Assembly: GCA_036785375.1 (NCBI GenBank)
Contig: JAWMAR010000087.1
Span: 3,720,001 to 3,784,000, forward strand
DNA from: Leucoraja ocellata
Taxonomy: Eukaryota
DNA length: 64,000 nt
Direction of reading: 5' to 3'
Of this stretch, positions 36,315-49,895 are shown in pieces (position 1 is the stretch's first letter; each line of letters begins with the position of its first letter). A program made the position numbers and the translations under genes. Under the pieces are notes generated by a model. The model was not told the origin of the DNA and did not search any database. It worked only from the letters and a program-made list of their open reading frames with translations.

Positions 36315-36905
36315 GATATGATATGATATGCCATTTATTGTCACTATACATGTACAGTGAAACTGAAAGCTGCTCGTACTCAGTGCATACATACAATTTA
36401 GCACAAAAAACAAGAAACAGAAAAAACAAAAAACAGAAGGGAGATGGGGGGGGGGGGGGGAATAGGTGCACAAATTCTGCGGCGCTACATACATATATAC
36501 ATATATACAGATGGAAGTCCGTGTTGGGCGGTGTAGTCAGTGCATGTGTGAATTTGAATTTATAGTAGATATAATTCTCGGAAAGCAACTATTCCTGAGT
36601 CTGTTTGTCCTGGATTTGATGCACCTATAGCGCCTTCCAGAGGGCAGCAGGTCGAACAGTCCAAACGCAGGATGGGAGCTGTCTTTGATGATCTTCTTTG
36701 CCCTGCTAAGGCAGCGGGAGGTGTAGATGTCCATCAGGGAGGGGAGAGGGCAGCCAATGATCCTCTGCGCTGTCCTGGTTACCCTCTGAAGCCTCTCCCT
36801 GTCTGCCATGGTGCAGCTGCCATACCATGCTGTAATGCAGTATGTCAGCAGGCTCTCGATGGACGAGCGGTAGAAGGTCAGCAGCAGGTTAGAGTCCAGC
36901 AGGTT
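36315..36905 (-). mobile_element. Rex1/Babar-like LINE 3' fragment
   Basis: ORF 36537-36923: FYRSSIESLLTYCITAWYGSC...LQRV...DSSHPAFGLFDLLPSGRRYRCIKSRTNRLRNS; tail gtgacaataaatgg(catat)n. Confidence 0.85.
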
Positions 36906-37154
36906 AGAGTTAGAATTTAGCAATTGGAAAGAAGAAAGGTTAATCCCGTAGCTCGTTATGAAATCGACGCTGCAGTCACAATTAGATTTAACAATCCAAA
37001 TAATGTTTAAGTAACACTGATTGAAGATTGGTCAAAACTATTTTATTGTCATCATTGTAGAGCGATATGTATAATGATTTGCATGAGTTTATATTAATAG
37101 AGTAGAATAGATTCCTGGGAACGATTACAAGCACCAATTTAATTGAGCAGTTTA

Positions 37155-37792
37155 CACAAAAAAGCTGGAGAAACTCAGCGGGTGCAGCAGCATCTATGGA
37201 GCGAAGGAAATAGGCAACGTTTCAGGCCGAAACCCTTCTTCAGACTGATCGGGGGCGGGGGTGGGTGGGGACAAGAAAGGGAAAAGGAGGAGGAGCTCGA
37301 AGGCTGGGGGATGGGAGGAGACAGCAGGGGGGCTGAGGAAGGGGAGGAGACAGCAAGGACTACCAAAATTGGGAGAATTCGATGTTCATGCCCCCGGGGT
37401 GCAGACTCCCCAAACGGAATATGAGGTGCTGTTCCTCCAATTTCCGGTGCTGCTCGCTGTGGCCATGGAGGAGACCCAGGACATATTCCGTTTGGGGAGT
37501 CTGCACCCCGGGGGCATGAACATCGAATTCTCCCAATTTTGTTAGTCCTTGCTGTCTCCTCCCCTTCCTCAGCCCCCCTGCTGTCTCCTCCCATCCCCCA
37601 GCCTTCGGGCTCCTCCTCCTTTTCCCTTTCTTGTCCCCACCCACCCCCGCCCCCGATCAGTCTGAAGAAGGGTTTCGGCCCGAAACGTTGCCTATTTCCT
37701 TCGCTCCATAGATGCTGCTGCACCCGCTGAGTTTCTCCAGCTTTTTTGTGTAACCTTCGATTCTCCAGCATCTGCAGTTCCCTCTTAAACAC
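37155..37792. mobile_element. Penelope-like element with inverted duplication and 16-bp TSD
   Basis: TSD ttaattgagcagttta at 37139-37154 and 37793-37808. Encodes KLEEQHLIFRLGSLHPGGMNIEFSQF (PLE GIY-YIG C-terminus). Inverted arms of 272 bp. Confidence 0.85.
37662..37689 (+). ncRNA. Minimal type I hammerhead ribozyme motif (PLE-associated)
   Basis: CUGAAGA-a-GGGU(UUCG)GCCC-GAAA-CGUU: intact core, stem II with a UUCG loop, palindromic ACGU stem III, NUH triplet GUU. Confidence 0.65.
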
Positions 37793-40700
37793 TTAATTGA
37801 GCAGTTTATTTGATTGCCTAAGTTGTCAGAATGATGCTTACATGGTTTAAACTGTCAAATTGAATCAAAATTGTTTTGATCCAGTTTTAAAATAAATAAT
37901 GATGACTGAAAAAGTTTTCCATATTACATGGGATGATATTCACACTGAAGGAAGAGTGTTCAGAATGGCTACATCTGTTACTTTTTTTGCATATCTTTCA
38001 TTCATTTGTTCTATATCTCTCTATATCACCATCGATACCTACCGTTTCCTTTTCCCCTGACTCTCAGTCTGAAGAAGGGTCTTGCCCAAAATGTCACCTA
38101 TTCCTTTTCTTCAGAGATGGTACCTGACTCGCTGGGTTACTCCAGCTTTTGTGTGTCTATCTTTGGTTTAAACCAGCATCGACAATTCCTGCCTACACAT
38201 AATTGTAAAAATGTTTTGAGGAGAGGCTGGAAGTTGAACCAACAGCAATTTCCACAAACACATAATTTTATAGTTTAATGGATATTGAATTGATTTATTC
38301 AGCAGTAATCTCATTGAAGGGTTAAATGATATCTAAAAGCTCGAAAGGCAATTTGAAAGATGTATGTTTAAATATAAATTGTGATCATTAAATCACTGTA
38401 CATGCCTGTTTTTATGATTATTTGTAAAATTAATCCATGGCAATAAAACAAATCGGAAGTAGTAGGAGTCCAATTATAAACAGCAAATGAATGGACAGAT
38501 TCCATTCAACAGGGAATTGAGGCTGTTATGTACCGTTTTTATCCAAAATTTGAAAAACCTTCTTCTGAAAATGAATGTTTGCGGCAGTCATGCTATTACA
38601 ATATGTTGCTGGTGGAAAATAACGGAGATATTGTCCAGGAGAAGGTGCCTACACTAACTCATCTTTTCTCCTAGAAGTTAGCAGCTCATTACATCTGTGA
38701 TTCACTTTAAACATAGTTAATGCAGGAGTAATGTTGGATGAGGGATAGATTCTTCCTGTGGTACTGAGAAAATGCCCTTTCTTCAAGAGAGGAATGAAGG
38801 CACCTCCAACTTCTCCCACTGGGTGATTCTCCCACAAGCTTGGAGTTTCAGCTAGGATCATGTTTTCATGTTTCTGCAGAGTGGCTTTGAACATGCCATC
38901 TTCTAAGAGAAGAAAAACAGTTAGACCTTTTGTCAGAACTAGAATAAAGACAAAACAAGTTTGTGTCACTTCAAGCAACCTCCTTTTAGAAGAAGGGTCT
39001 CGATCTGAAACGTCACCCATTCCTTCTCTCCAGAGATGCTGCCTGTCCCGCTGAGTTACTCCAGCATTTTGTGTCTCCCTTGATTCCTTGAGCCCTAAGA
39101 GCTAAATCTAACTCTCTTTTGAAAACATCCAATGAATTGGCCTCCACTGCCTTCTGTGGCAGAGAATTCCGCAGATTCACAACTCTCTGGGTGAAGAGAT
39201 TTTTCCTCATCTCAGTCCTAAATGGCCTCCCCCTTATTCTTAAAATGTTTCATGTTCAAGAAGGTGCCTGGGCAGAAAGAGTAAAACAGAAAGTCTGACA
39301 TGTGGTGGATGCAACAGATAATGAATTGCAAGTGACAGGGCTACATATTGTGTTTCAAACATTTTCTTGCATGTTTTATTTTAGTGTTTAGAGTCTATAA
39401 AGAGCTAAAAGATGTTAGCATTTGTGGAAATGTTAGAAATTAATGTGATTTAAAGCCAATAAATCCCCAGATCCTGATTAACTTGAGGCTCAGGCACTGG
39501 GTATATTCAAGATGGAGATAATATTTTTGGATGTGAAGGGCATCAAGGTTTAAGAGGATCGTACAGTATAGAAAAGCATGATAAAGGGAATACCGTTTAG
39601 TGCAAGATAAAGCTGTTTAAACCATCATATTGCGTGATGGTGCATATTTGACTGGTGAAATAGTCTACCTCTACTTTCATTTCTTGTTCTTATTTTAGTT
39701 TTTCAGCATCTGCAGGATTTTGCTTTTGGAACTAAGTTGACATGTTTGATACTCCAAGTCTGGATCTGAGCGAGTCCTTTGTGACAGACTTTGTGAACTT
39801 GAACTTTAATCAGGTTGTTCCACCACACTCTCGGGCAATGTTAAAATTCTAACATAGACACAAAATGCTGGAGTAACTCAGCGGGACAGGTGGTATCTCT
39901 GGGGAAAAGGAATGGTTGATGTTTCGGGTCGAGACCCATCTTCAGACACCTTGCCTGTCTGTTGGAACTAGGCAATTTTGAAGGTTAACTGGGCGGAAGG
40001 TAGGATGCAAAATAATTTGGGGAGGACGGTAATCCATTGTGCTCCAGGCTATAGCCCGCATGATTAAGATGGGCCAAACGGGGAAAATCAGATCCAGCAT
40101 TCCAGTGGGTCTGCTTTAGTTTCATTCGGTTGATTTTCATCAGTAGCCTTGTGTGTGTTTGGAGAATCCTAACTTTTATCTCCATTGATCTGTCTGAGTT
40201 TGCACAAGCAGATTATGTCGCTACAAGAAGATTTCACATTTCACATAGGGCAAACATGAATCATAGGTGGCATATTCCTAAGCAAAGTGGCGGATCTTCC
40301 TGTGCACCAGATAAGTAACATTTTAAAAGAAATTCGACGGATTGATTGTTGTCATGTAAGTTTGAGTTTGGTTTATTGTCACCTGCGTACTGTGAGAAGC
40401 TTTTGTTGCGTGCTAACCAGTCAGCGGAAAGACAATGCATGATTACAATCGAGCCAGTGTACAGATGCATGATAAAGGGAATACCGTTTAGTGCAAGATA
40501 AAGCCAGTAAAAGTCTGATCAAAGATAGTCCGAGGGTGCCCTATGAGGTAGATGTAAGCTTTACCACAAGATGGCACCACTGCCTTGAATACGCTGCTGC
40601 ACTGTTTGCTGAACTTTCTATTTGTCTGTTTTGGAGACATAGTGAAACTGAATATTGCTATTCCTCTCATTGTGTGAGGCTTACATTTGAGCTGGTCTTC

Positions 40701-43700
40701 ATGGCAAATGGGAAAAAAACAAAATGTCATGGTATGAAGGGATTTGTCTCAAATGAAAAAACATGCTTATTTTGGTCTTTTTTTGATGGAGGCTATTGTA
40801 TTTTGAAAATAATTTTTGTTTTGGAATGTCATTCACTGTGCATCCTGAGGGAAATAATTTGTATCAAGCAGATTGTAGCTGTAATCTATTTGTATTTTAA
40901 ACGTACAAATCAATTTTATTGACGCATTTAAATAAACAGAAGCCTATGCCTTATCCGATATAAAGGTAGCCTCTTAATTCCAATACGTCACAATTTTTTT
41001 TTTTGCGTTTTATATGTTTACAATTATTATGAGCTTTTTTTTATGTATTTCTTAAAGTGTAGATTCATCCCTTCTGAATTCTCACCTGTACTTTCCCAAG
41101 TTCACAAATTGGCAGACTCAAAGAACCTGATTCGACCTGAAATATCAGCTATCCATGTTATCCAGGGATGCTGCCTGATTCACTGAGTTACTCCAGCACT
41201 TTCTGCCTTTTGTACACCAGCGTTTGCAGTTCCTTGTGTCTACGGGCATGGGAATTCCATTGTTTTTCACTGATTTCCTCACAACATGAGTTACCAAATG
41301 TGAAATTATCCTCTACCGGATTTTCACTTGAATCAATTGATCATTCTAATGCTCTCTCAGCCAGGAATCTCACCCTGCACTTTATGTAAGCTTGAGCTCA
41401 TCCAAAGGTGGACTCAATAAGTCCTGCTCATCTTAACTGACATTCTAATCTGGCAAAATCTGAATTTTAAATTTCTTCTCTTTGTTTTTAAACCATTGAT
41501 TGATCTTGCCCACCCCCACCCCCCCACCTCGATCTCAGCATTTGTGTACCTCAAACTGTGTCTTCTGCACATTCTCAGTTTTCATCACTCCACTATTGAC
41601 GGCCAAGTCTTCAGCTGGTTAGATCCTGAACTCTTAAATTCCTTCTGTAAATCTCACTGCCTGTCTAGCTCTCTGTGCTCCTGACTAACTACTTTGATTT
41701 ACCTTTCTGGCACCTGTGCTAATTTCTGCTTATATTGCTCTGAGTCGTGTTTCCTTTAATCATGATATAACAATTTTATAACTTTTTTTCAGTGAGACCA
41801 AAAAGTTAGGGATAAGACTCTTTTGAAGGATTAGGAAATGGATCAAAGTTGCCGAATTTCATTGAACCTTCTCCATAAAAAAAAAAAGTGCCCACAATCA
41901 CAACCATTTGGTCATTACACTTTAAAAATAAAATCTCATTCATACATTGTCCAAGAAGAGAACATGGAAGATAGACACAAAATGCTGGAGGAACACGTGG
42001 ACATGCAGCATCTCTGGAACGAAGGAATGGGCGACATTTCGGGTGACTAGTGATGGCAAAAAATGATAAGGGCTCACTTTTTTTTTAAAGCGAGGCACCT
42101 AGGGAAGGGTTTTAAAGCAGAGGTTTGATAATGCCCCCAGCACTACCATTAGAATCCATTTTCATTTTTAAAAGCTATTTATCTAGAAAATATATATTTT
42201 TCAAAGATGCCCTTGTATTATTCCAAATATCCACTATCAGCAAACACTCTTTATTTAATTGTTGTAATATTTAGCATTTAAGATCTGGATATGGGTGACT
42301 GAGAGGTCTCTGTGTTTATGTAGCTTTTTGAAAGAGCTCTCTAATTAGTTCCATCTCACTGATTTGTCCTCACAGTTTTTCCATACAATATTTTTCCCTT
42401 TTCCAGTATTTATCCAATTCCATTTTGAAAGTTACTAATNNNNNNNNNNNNNNNNNNNNNNNNNNNNNNNNNNNNNNNNNNNNNNNNNNNNNNNNNNNNN
42501 NNNNNNNNNNNNNNNNNNNNNNNNNNNNNNNNNNNNNNNNNNNNNNNNNNNNNNNNNNNNNNNNNNNNNNNNNNNNNNNNTCTCTGCTGTAAGAACATTA
42601 TTTATAATGCAGAGCTAAGAATTTATTATAAGGTGCATGCGGTTGTCAGTTTTTTAATGCAAGGATAAACGTTATTCTGTTACTCCAAATTTAATTGCCT
42701 TTGATTTCGTAATCACCATTTAAAAATAGAAAATGTTAGTTCATGATGTACATTTATATCTATTGTGTTCATTAAGTGTTGATGATGAAAAGAAAATTTG
42801 GTCACTTTGATCCTTTTCATTGTGAAAGTTCAGAGCAGTTGACATAGTTGATCAGCAGTTACCATTCTTCTAGCTAAATACAGGGGAAAATGTTTGAAGT
42901 AATGAATAATCTTTGCAGGCAAGTAAGATTCAGTGGAAACAAGTACTTCCCTACAACTATCTAGCTCTTGAACTGGCCTGAACCACCCTAATGCTACCTT
43001 GGCAATGAAAGACAGTGGACCTCACCTTTTGCACAAGAATGAATTTGTTTTCTTATTGTGCTTTTTTTGCACAAATCCCCTTTTTATTGCACAGTCGTTT
43101 TCTTTTCACTGTCTTATAGGTTTTATATATAAATTGTTTTTTATGTGTTTGTCTGTCTATGTACCTGTGGTGCTGCTGTGGGCAAGATATTCATTGTATC
43201 TGTACCTCACTGTACTTGACTTCAATATTAAGTGACAATGTTTGGTTGGGGCGCTGGTGTAGGGAAGGGAAAGGTTGTTGGCTTGTGGACTAGATACCTA
43301 TTAAAATTTAAGCAGATTGACCAGAATGACACAACTGACGTTTTTTCTCTCGTTTATTATATTGTTTACAGCGTACTATTCTGTTGTGCTGCTGCAAGTA
43401 AGAATGTTATTGTTCTATCTGGGACATGTGACAATAAAACATTATTAAAAATTACATTGAGATCGCAACGTAGCCCAAGCTAAAGAGGGGTCCCGACCCG
43501 AAACATCACCTATTATTTTCCTGCAGAGATGCTGCCTGTCTCGCTGAGTTACTCCAGTACTTTGTGCCTATCTTTGGTGTAAACCAGCATCTGCAGTTTT
43601 CTTTGTTTCTACAATCTGTGTTGGTATTTGATTTTTACTAAACTAACAGTTGAATACCAAAAAAAAGGCACAAAGTGCTGAAGTAATTCAGTGTGTCAGG

Positions 43701-44589
43701 CAGCATCTCTGGAGAACATGGATAAATCATGTTTTGGGTTGTGAACCTTTGTTTTAACACCTCATGGCTGCTCTGTACCTAAATCATTTTAGTCCCATTT
43801 TTCTGCAGCTGCCATTATTCTAACATAGTATAAAAGTTTGATGTTAGTCAGTCATTCTTTGCTACAATTATTAATTAATAATTAGTGTATTATCACAGAA
43901 GTTGAAATCTCAATGTAAAACTAAAAGGAAAAACTTTCTTCTGTCCTCTGTACTAACTCCCTTGCATATAATATAACGATGTGTCCTCTTGCTCTGGAGC
44001 TGTTAAACCCTGGAACCTCTGTTTCTACTCAGTCCCACCCTTTCATTATTTTATGCACCTCTATTAAATCATTCCTCATTTATAATGAGAACAGTCCCAA
44101 AGCTTTCTACCTGACTGTAAAGTATTCAAAAGGCAGGTCTTGATCTGATCTCTAATTATCTTTGGGACCTCATCCATAACATAAATCCTTTGTATTTGGA
44201 ATTCCTCCGGTCACTTATTTTAGTAAAATATCCATTGAGTGTGCAAAATGTAAAATTCTGCTTCATATTCACACTGACTTTTTGACACGGTTATCGACAG
44301 TGGGAGTTTCACCCTGAGGACCTTCCCTTGCCTGTCATTTCTTTTTTGCATTTAGAATAGGATGGTAAGTCTGAAGACATTTAGAATTCAGCACTACAGA
44401 TAACCTATATGACTAGCGAATGCCTTTACTTGTCAAATAATGTATATTCCATTAGCACTGAGTTGGTGGGCAAAACACTGTCTTCCTGCAATGGCAGTTG
44501 TCATCTTTGTTGATTGGGAGAGGAGGCATTGATTCAGAATTGTCAGGAATTGGATGCATTTGAATACAGAGCTCATGCAACTTGTATGC

Positions 44590-45157
44590 ATAGAGTCATG
44601 CAGTGATACATTGTGGAAACAGGCCCATCGGCCCAACCTGCCCATACCTGCCAACATATCCCAGCTACACTAGTTCCACCTGCCCGCGTGTGGTCCATAT
44701 CCCTCCAAACCTGTCCTATCCAAGTTCCTGTCTAACTGTTTCTTAAATGTAGGAATAGTTCTTGCCTCAACTACCTCCTCTGGCAGCTTATTCCATACAC
44801 CCACCACCCTTTGTGTGAAGATGTTACCTCTCAGATTCCTATTAAATCTTTTCCCTTTCACCTTAAACCTATGTCCTCTGGTCCTCGATTCACCTACTCT
44901 GGGCAAGAGATTCTGTGCGTCTACCCGATCTATGCCTTTCATGATTTTATACACCTAAATACGATCAGCCCTCATCCTCCTGCGCTCCAAGGAATAGATT
45001 CCCAGCCTACTCAACCGCTCCCTATAGCTCAGACCCTCTAGCCTTGCAACATCCTTGTAAATTTTCTGTGTACCCTTTCCAGCTTGACAACATTTTTCGT
45101 ATAACGTGGAGGCCAAAACTGAACACAACGCCCTAAATGCGGCCTCACCAACGTCTT
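44590..45157 (-). mobile_element. CR1 3' fragment
   Basis: ORF 44670-44954: YKIMKGIDRVDAQNLLPRVGESRTRGH...FTQRVVGVWNKLP. Confidence 0.88.
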
Positions 45158-45329
45158 CTAATGTTGATAATACCAGTTCTGGATAATAAACTCCAGATTA
45201 TGATTGGCAGGAATTGCATTTCAATATATGGGATGAATGATATCGTTCATCAGTTACTTGAAGCACTGTAGTCCCATTGTTATTTGCTGTGACACCCAAA
45301 TATCATTGGCTTGGCAGAGGAGATGCGGA

Positions 45330-45770
45330 TGGGACAGTGGGTTAACATATGATGAGCATTTGACAGCACTGGGCCTTTAATCGCTGGAGTTTAGAAGTAT
45401 GCGTGGGGATCTTATTGAAATTTACCGAATAGTGAAAGGCCTGGATAGACTGGATGTGGAGAGGATGTTTCCACTAGTGGGAATGTCTAGGACCAGAGGC
45501 CATGGCCTCAGAATCAAAGGACGTTCATTTAGGAAGGAGATGAGAAGGAAGTTCAGAGAGTGGTGAGTCTGTGGAATTCATTGCCACGGAAGGCTCTGGA
45601 GGCCAGTCAATGGATATTTTTAAGAGATAAATAGATTCTTGATTAATTTGGGTGTCGGGGGTCATGGGGAGAAGGCAGGAGAATGGGGTTCAGAGGGAAA
45701 GATAGATCAACCATGATTGAATGTCGGGCTAGACTTGATGGGCTGAATGGCTTAATTCTGCTCCTACCAC
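45330..45770 (+). mobile_element. CR1 3' fragment
   Basis: ctggagtttagaag...ggcctggatagactggatgtggagaggatgtttccactagtggg...ggaccagaggccat. Confidence 0.8.
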
Positions 45771-47300
45771 TAATTAAACTGAACAAGCAATNNNNNNNNN
45801 NNNNNNNNNNNNNNNNNNNNNNNNNNNNNNNNNNNNNNNNNNNNNNNNNNNNNNNNNNNNNNNNNNNNNNNNNNNNNNNNNNNNNNNNNNNNNNNNNNNN
45901 NNNNNNNNNNNNNNNNNNNNNNTTATACCATCATCTGAATTTGAAAGCCCATTCTAACTTTGCAGAATTGTTTTCCTTTATCTCAAACAAAAACAAACTT
46001 GTCTAATACTTATACCAGTCTGTAGTAAGATCAATTAGGCTGATGTTTGGTGACTGGTACCCTAATGACGGTTAATTGATACAAGTGCACATTAATTATT
46101 TCTTGAACACATCATAAAGTTTTAATTATTGCTGGTTGTACAGTTCGGAATAGCAATCGGGTGAATTGGTGCATGAGTGAGCCACCTCGAATGTGCCATC
46201 TTGAAGCAGTGCCTTGCAGAGACCATACAAAGGGGCACAGGTCCAAAGGGAGAATTGCCCTGAGCTATTCCCATGGTAGTTCTTCACAGCAAGCTTTGAC
46301 GGAGGCCTCGTTCTCCCAGTATTGATAAAAATGGCATCCAGAGCGTCTCCATTAACAGAGAAATCACCTTTTTTTTGCGTTGATACCTGATGCATTTATT
46401 CCTCAAATGAATTAATTCGTCAGTTCAATGCATTCCATCCGAGTCAGTGAGTTACGCTGGCTTTCATTAGTCTCAGTTCGAGACTCGCACAGGCAGATGG
46501 GCATGAACATTGCACTGGTGAATTGTTGCAGGTCTCACTTTAAAAAACAATCTAGATGGTAGTTACTTGTGCTATCAGCTTGGATTTGCACTTGACTGCA
46601 TATCAAGCTAGCGTCAAGTACACCGTGGGCCCGTCTAAGTGATGCTGATTAAAACACGAGGGTCCCCAGTGCCTGTGCAGCTGCCATGCCGCTGGTGGCT
46701 CCTGCCACTCGAAACTCAAATAATTACATGAATCCCCAGTAGGATTGATGGGTTCCAGTAAGCACGTGGCACATCTGTTACGCTCTGCCTAATGAATTGT
46801 TCTGCAGCAGGAGGCTGCAGCTTGTCATCACGGCTCCTTCTCCCTCAGGAGCTCTCTGCTTGTTTTCTAACTAATGTTATTTATAGTAATTGAATTTGGA
46901 TTACCCTCCTGGGTCTTGTGAATACATTGATAGTTAAACACTTGTTGGTTTTGGCCAGACCCTGTTTTAAATATAATTGTGAGGAGGTTTTAATAGACCT
47001 AAGTGTGAAGGCACAATATTTGGATCATTTTGATCATGGGTGTTAAAACTTCCTTCAATGCAAACACTTTTCCAGAGCAAACCTGATTCATAAAATAACG
47101 CAGCCAAATGTTTCCTTGCTTCAGCTGCCATGTTAAGATGTCTCGGCGATGCTGATGCTATTGCTGCAATACAAGATGAATTGGCAAGATACTTCAAGAA
47201 ATTCTATTTTACAGAGTGACGGGTACTTTGGACAGATTGTGTGCTACTACATGTGCAATGTTTAAAACAAACAGTTAAGTACTGTTCACCCATCTATATT

Positions 47301-47695
47301 TAGTTTAGTTTAGAGATACTGTGCGGAAACAGGCCCTTCGGTCCACCGAGCCCGCGCCAACCAGCGCACTAACACTATCCCACACACACACGAGGGACAA
47401 TTTGCAATTTTGCCAGCCAATTAATCGGCAAACCTGTATGAAGGAACGGCAGATGCTTGTTTACACCAAAGATAGACATGAAATGCTGGAGTAACGCAGG
47501 ACGAGCAGCATTTCTGGAGAGAAGAAATTGGTGGCGTTTCGGGTCGAGACCTTTCGTCAGACCTACAAACCTGTATGTCTTTGGAGTGTGGGAGGAAACC
47601 GGACCTCCCGGAGAACGTACAAACTCCGTACAGACAGCACCCGTAGTCAGCATCGAACCCGGGTCTCTGGTGCTGTAAAGCAGCAGCTCCACCAT
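47301..47695 (-). mobile_element. V-SINE-like element interrupted by a PLE terminal-repeat piece (~47438-47562)
   Basis: SINE body split by gacatgaaatgctggagtaac...gtttcgggtcgagacc; the sequence caaacctgtatg occurs on both sides of the insert. Confidence 0.7.
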
Positions 47696-49509
47696 TGTGT
47701 ATGTTTTACTGAAACATTTTAGGATGGCTTGCGTAGGCGCTGTATAGATTAATACGAGAGGGAAACAGGCTCTTCGGCCCACTGTCTATGCCTCCCTTCA
47801 AAGGCCCCAGATTCTACCACTTACATATGCAGATGGAGCAACTAATAGCGGCCAATTAATCTACCAACATGTAGGCTTTTGGGATACGAGAGGTAACCCA
47901 TGCAGTCACAAACATCCTACTGCATTGGAAGGCAGGACTGAACCCAGGTTGCTAGTGCCTTGAGACAACATTTCTACTAGCCGTGCCACAGTGTTGATAT
48001 GTGAATAAAACTAGTATCTGGAGACAAGAAGAAAAACAAAACATTAAAAGATACAAGAAAATGGACATCTCAAAAAACTGTACAATTAGTTCAAATCCAT
48101 TCCTGCCTTGAGCACAACTTAGACTCATTCTTGACTTGTAGTGAGAGGTAATAGAGAGTTATGAGGTAAGTAAATAGCAGGCTGGAATGTGTGTGAGAGG
48201 ATAAGAATTCAAGGTTACTCAAGATGTGCCCTTTGGGTGACTCCAAAAGTGTTTAGGAAGGAACTGCAGATGCTGGTTCACACTGACGATAGACATAAAG
48301 AGCTGGAGTGACTCCGTAGGTCAATGTCAACTTTTTGGGCTGTTGTTCCAAGATGTGTGGGAGGGCATTTCACACTTGTGTGCTTCCTTCATATGGGATA
48401 TGCTGTGCACCATTTTCCTTGTCTAAAAATAATGGCTTTCGACAGGTTAAATCCCTGGTTTTGTGGAAAAATTACAGGCAGCAGAATTTAGCTGGATGAA
48501 GTGCACGGAGTACTGAAGATGATATGCTGCCAGTGAGCCGGAAATCACTAGAGTGGACTTTATATTTTATATCTGAAGAAGGGCCTCCACCCGAAACCTC
48601 ACCCATTCCTTCTCTCCAGAGATGCTGCCTGTCCCGCTGAGTTACTCCAGCTGTTTGTGTCCATCTTATATTTCACCCATCAGATTCCACGGCATATTGC
48701 GAGCAGATTACTTTAGGCTCTGTTATTGTCATTATCACTGTTTAGATCTTTTGAATGTCATACCTGATCTGCCTCCTCAACCAACAAATTAAAAAGGTAA
48801 TGGATTGAATGGGGGCAACGCACAGTGAAGGAATAAATGTGACTTGCAGTCCGATTAGATACAGAAAGGAATAAAGAGAATGGATTAGTAGAGGGAGAAA
48901 GGAGACTGAAAAGAGCACTATTTGAATAAACAAGCCATTGAAGAAGACAGTGATTAATCTACCAACATGTAGGCTTTTGGGATACGAGAGGTAACCCATG
49001 CAGTCACAAACATCCTACTGCATTGGAAGGCAGGACTGAACCCAGTTTGCTAGTACCTTGAGACAACATATTGAGCACCAGGCCACCATATCTAGCACCA
49101 ACTTCATCAAATCCCACGCCCTGCCTGACCAAGCTTCCAACCTCATCGTTCCCCAGCCCCGCACGGCCCGTTAAAACTTTGAACAAGACAGTGATTAGGT
49201 TGTGTTAGCGCTTCCAAGATGGTGCCCAACCCAGGTGACTATTTGCCTGCTAGCTACAAAAGCCAATCTTCAATCACATATTACAATCGCTCTACACATT
49301 TAAATCTCTACTCCTGCAGATCTATACACTGTAAATGGCTCGATTGTGATCATGTATTGTCTTTCAGCTGACTGGTTAGCACGCAACAAAAGCTTTTCAC
49401 TGTACCTCAGTACACGTGACAATAAACTAAACTGAACTAAACATTGCGCTGTGCTTGGAGAAGTTGTCAATGGGAGAGTAGATACGTGAGATTTACCAAT
49501 GTTATTAAG

Positions 49510-49895
49510 GTCATAAGTGATAGGAGCAGAATTGGGCCATTCGGCCCATCAAGTCTATTCCGCCATTCAATCATGACTGATCTATCTCTCCCTCATAACC
49601 CCATTCTCCTGCCGTCTCCCCATAACTCCTGACACACGCACTAATCAAGAATCTATCTATCTCTGCCTTAAAATATCCACTGACTTGGCCTCCACAGCAG
49701 TCTTTGGAGAAGAATTCCACAGATTCACCACCCTCAGACTAAAGAAATGTCTCCTCATCCCCTTCCTAAAGGAACGTCCTTTAATTCTGAGGCTATGACC
49801 TCTTGTCCTAGACTCTCCCACTAGTGGACACATCCTCTCCACATCCACTCTATCCAAGCCTTTCACTATTTGGTAAGTTTCAATGAGGTCCCCCC
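49510..49895 (-). mobile_element. CR1 3' fragment
   Basis: ORF 49657-49950: GDLIETYQIVKGLDRVDVERMCPLVGESRTRGHSLRIKG. Confidence 0.88.
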
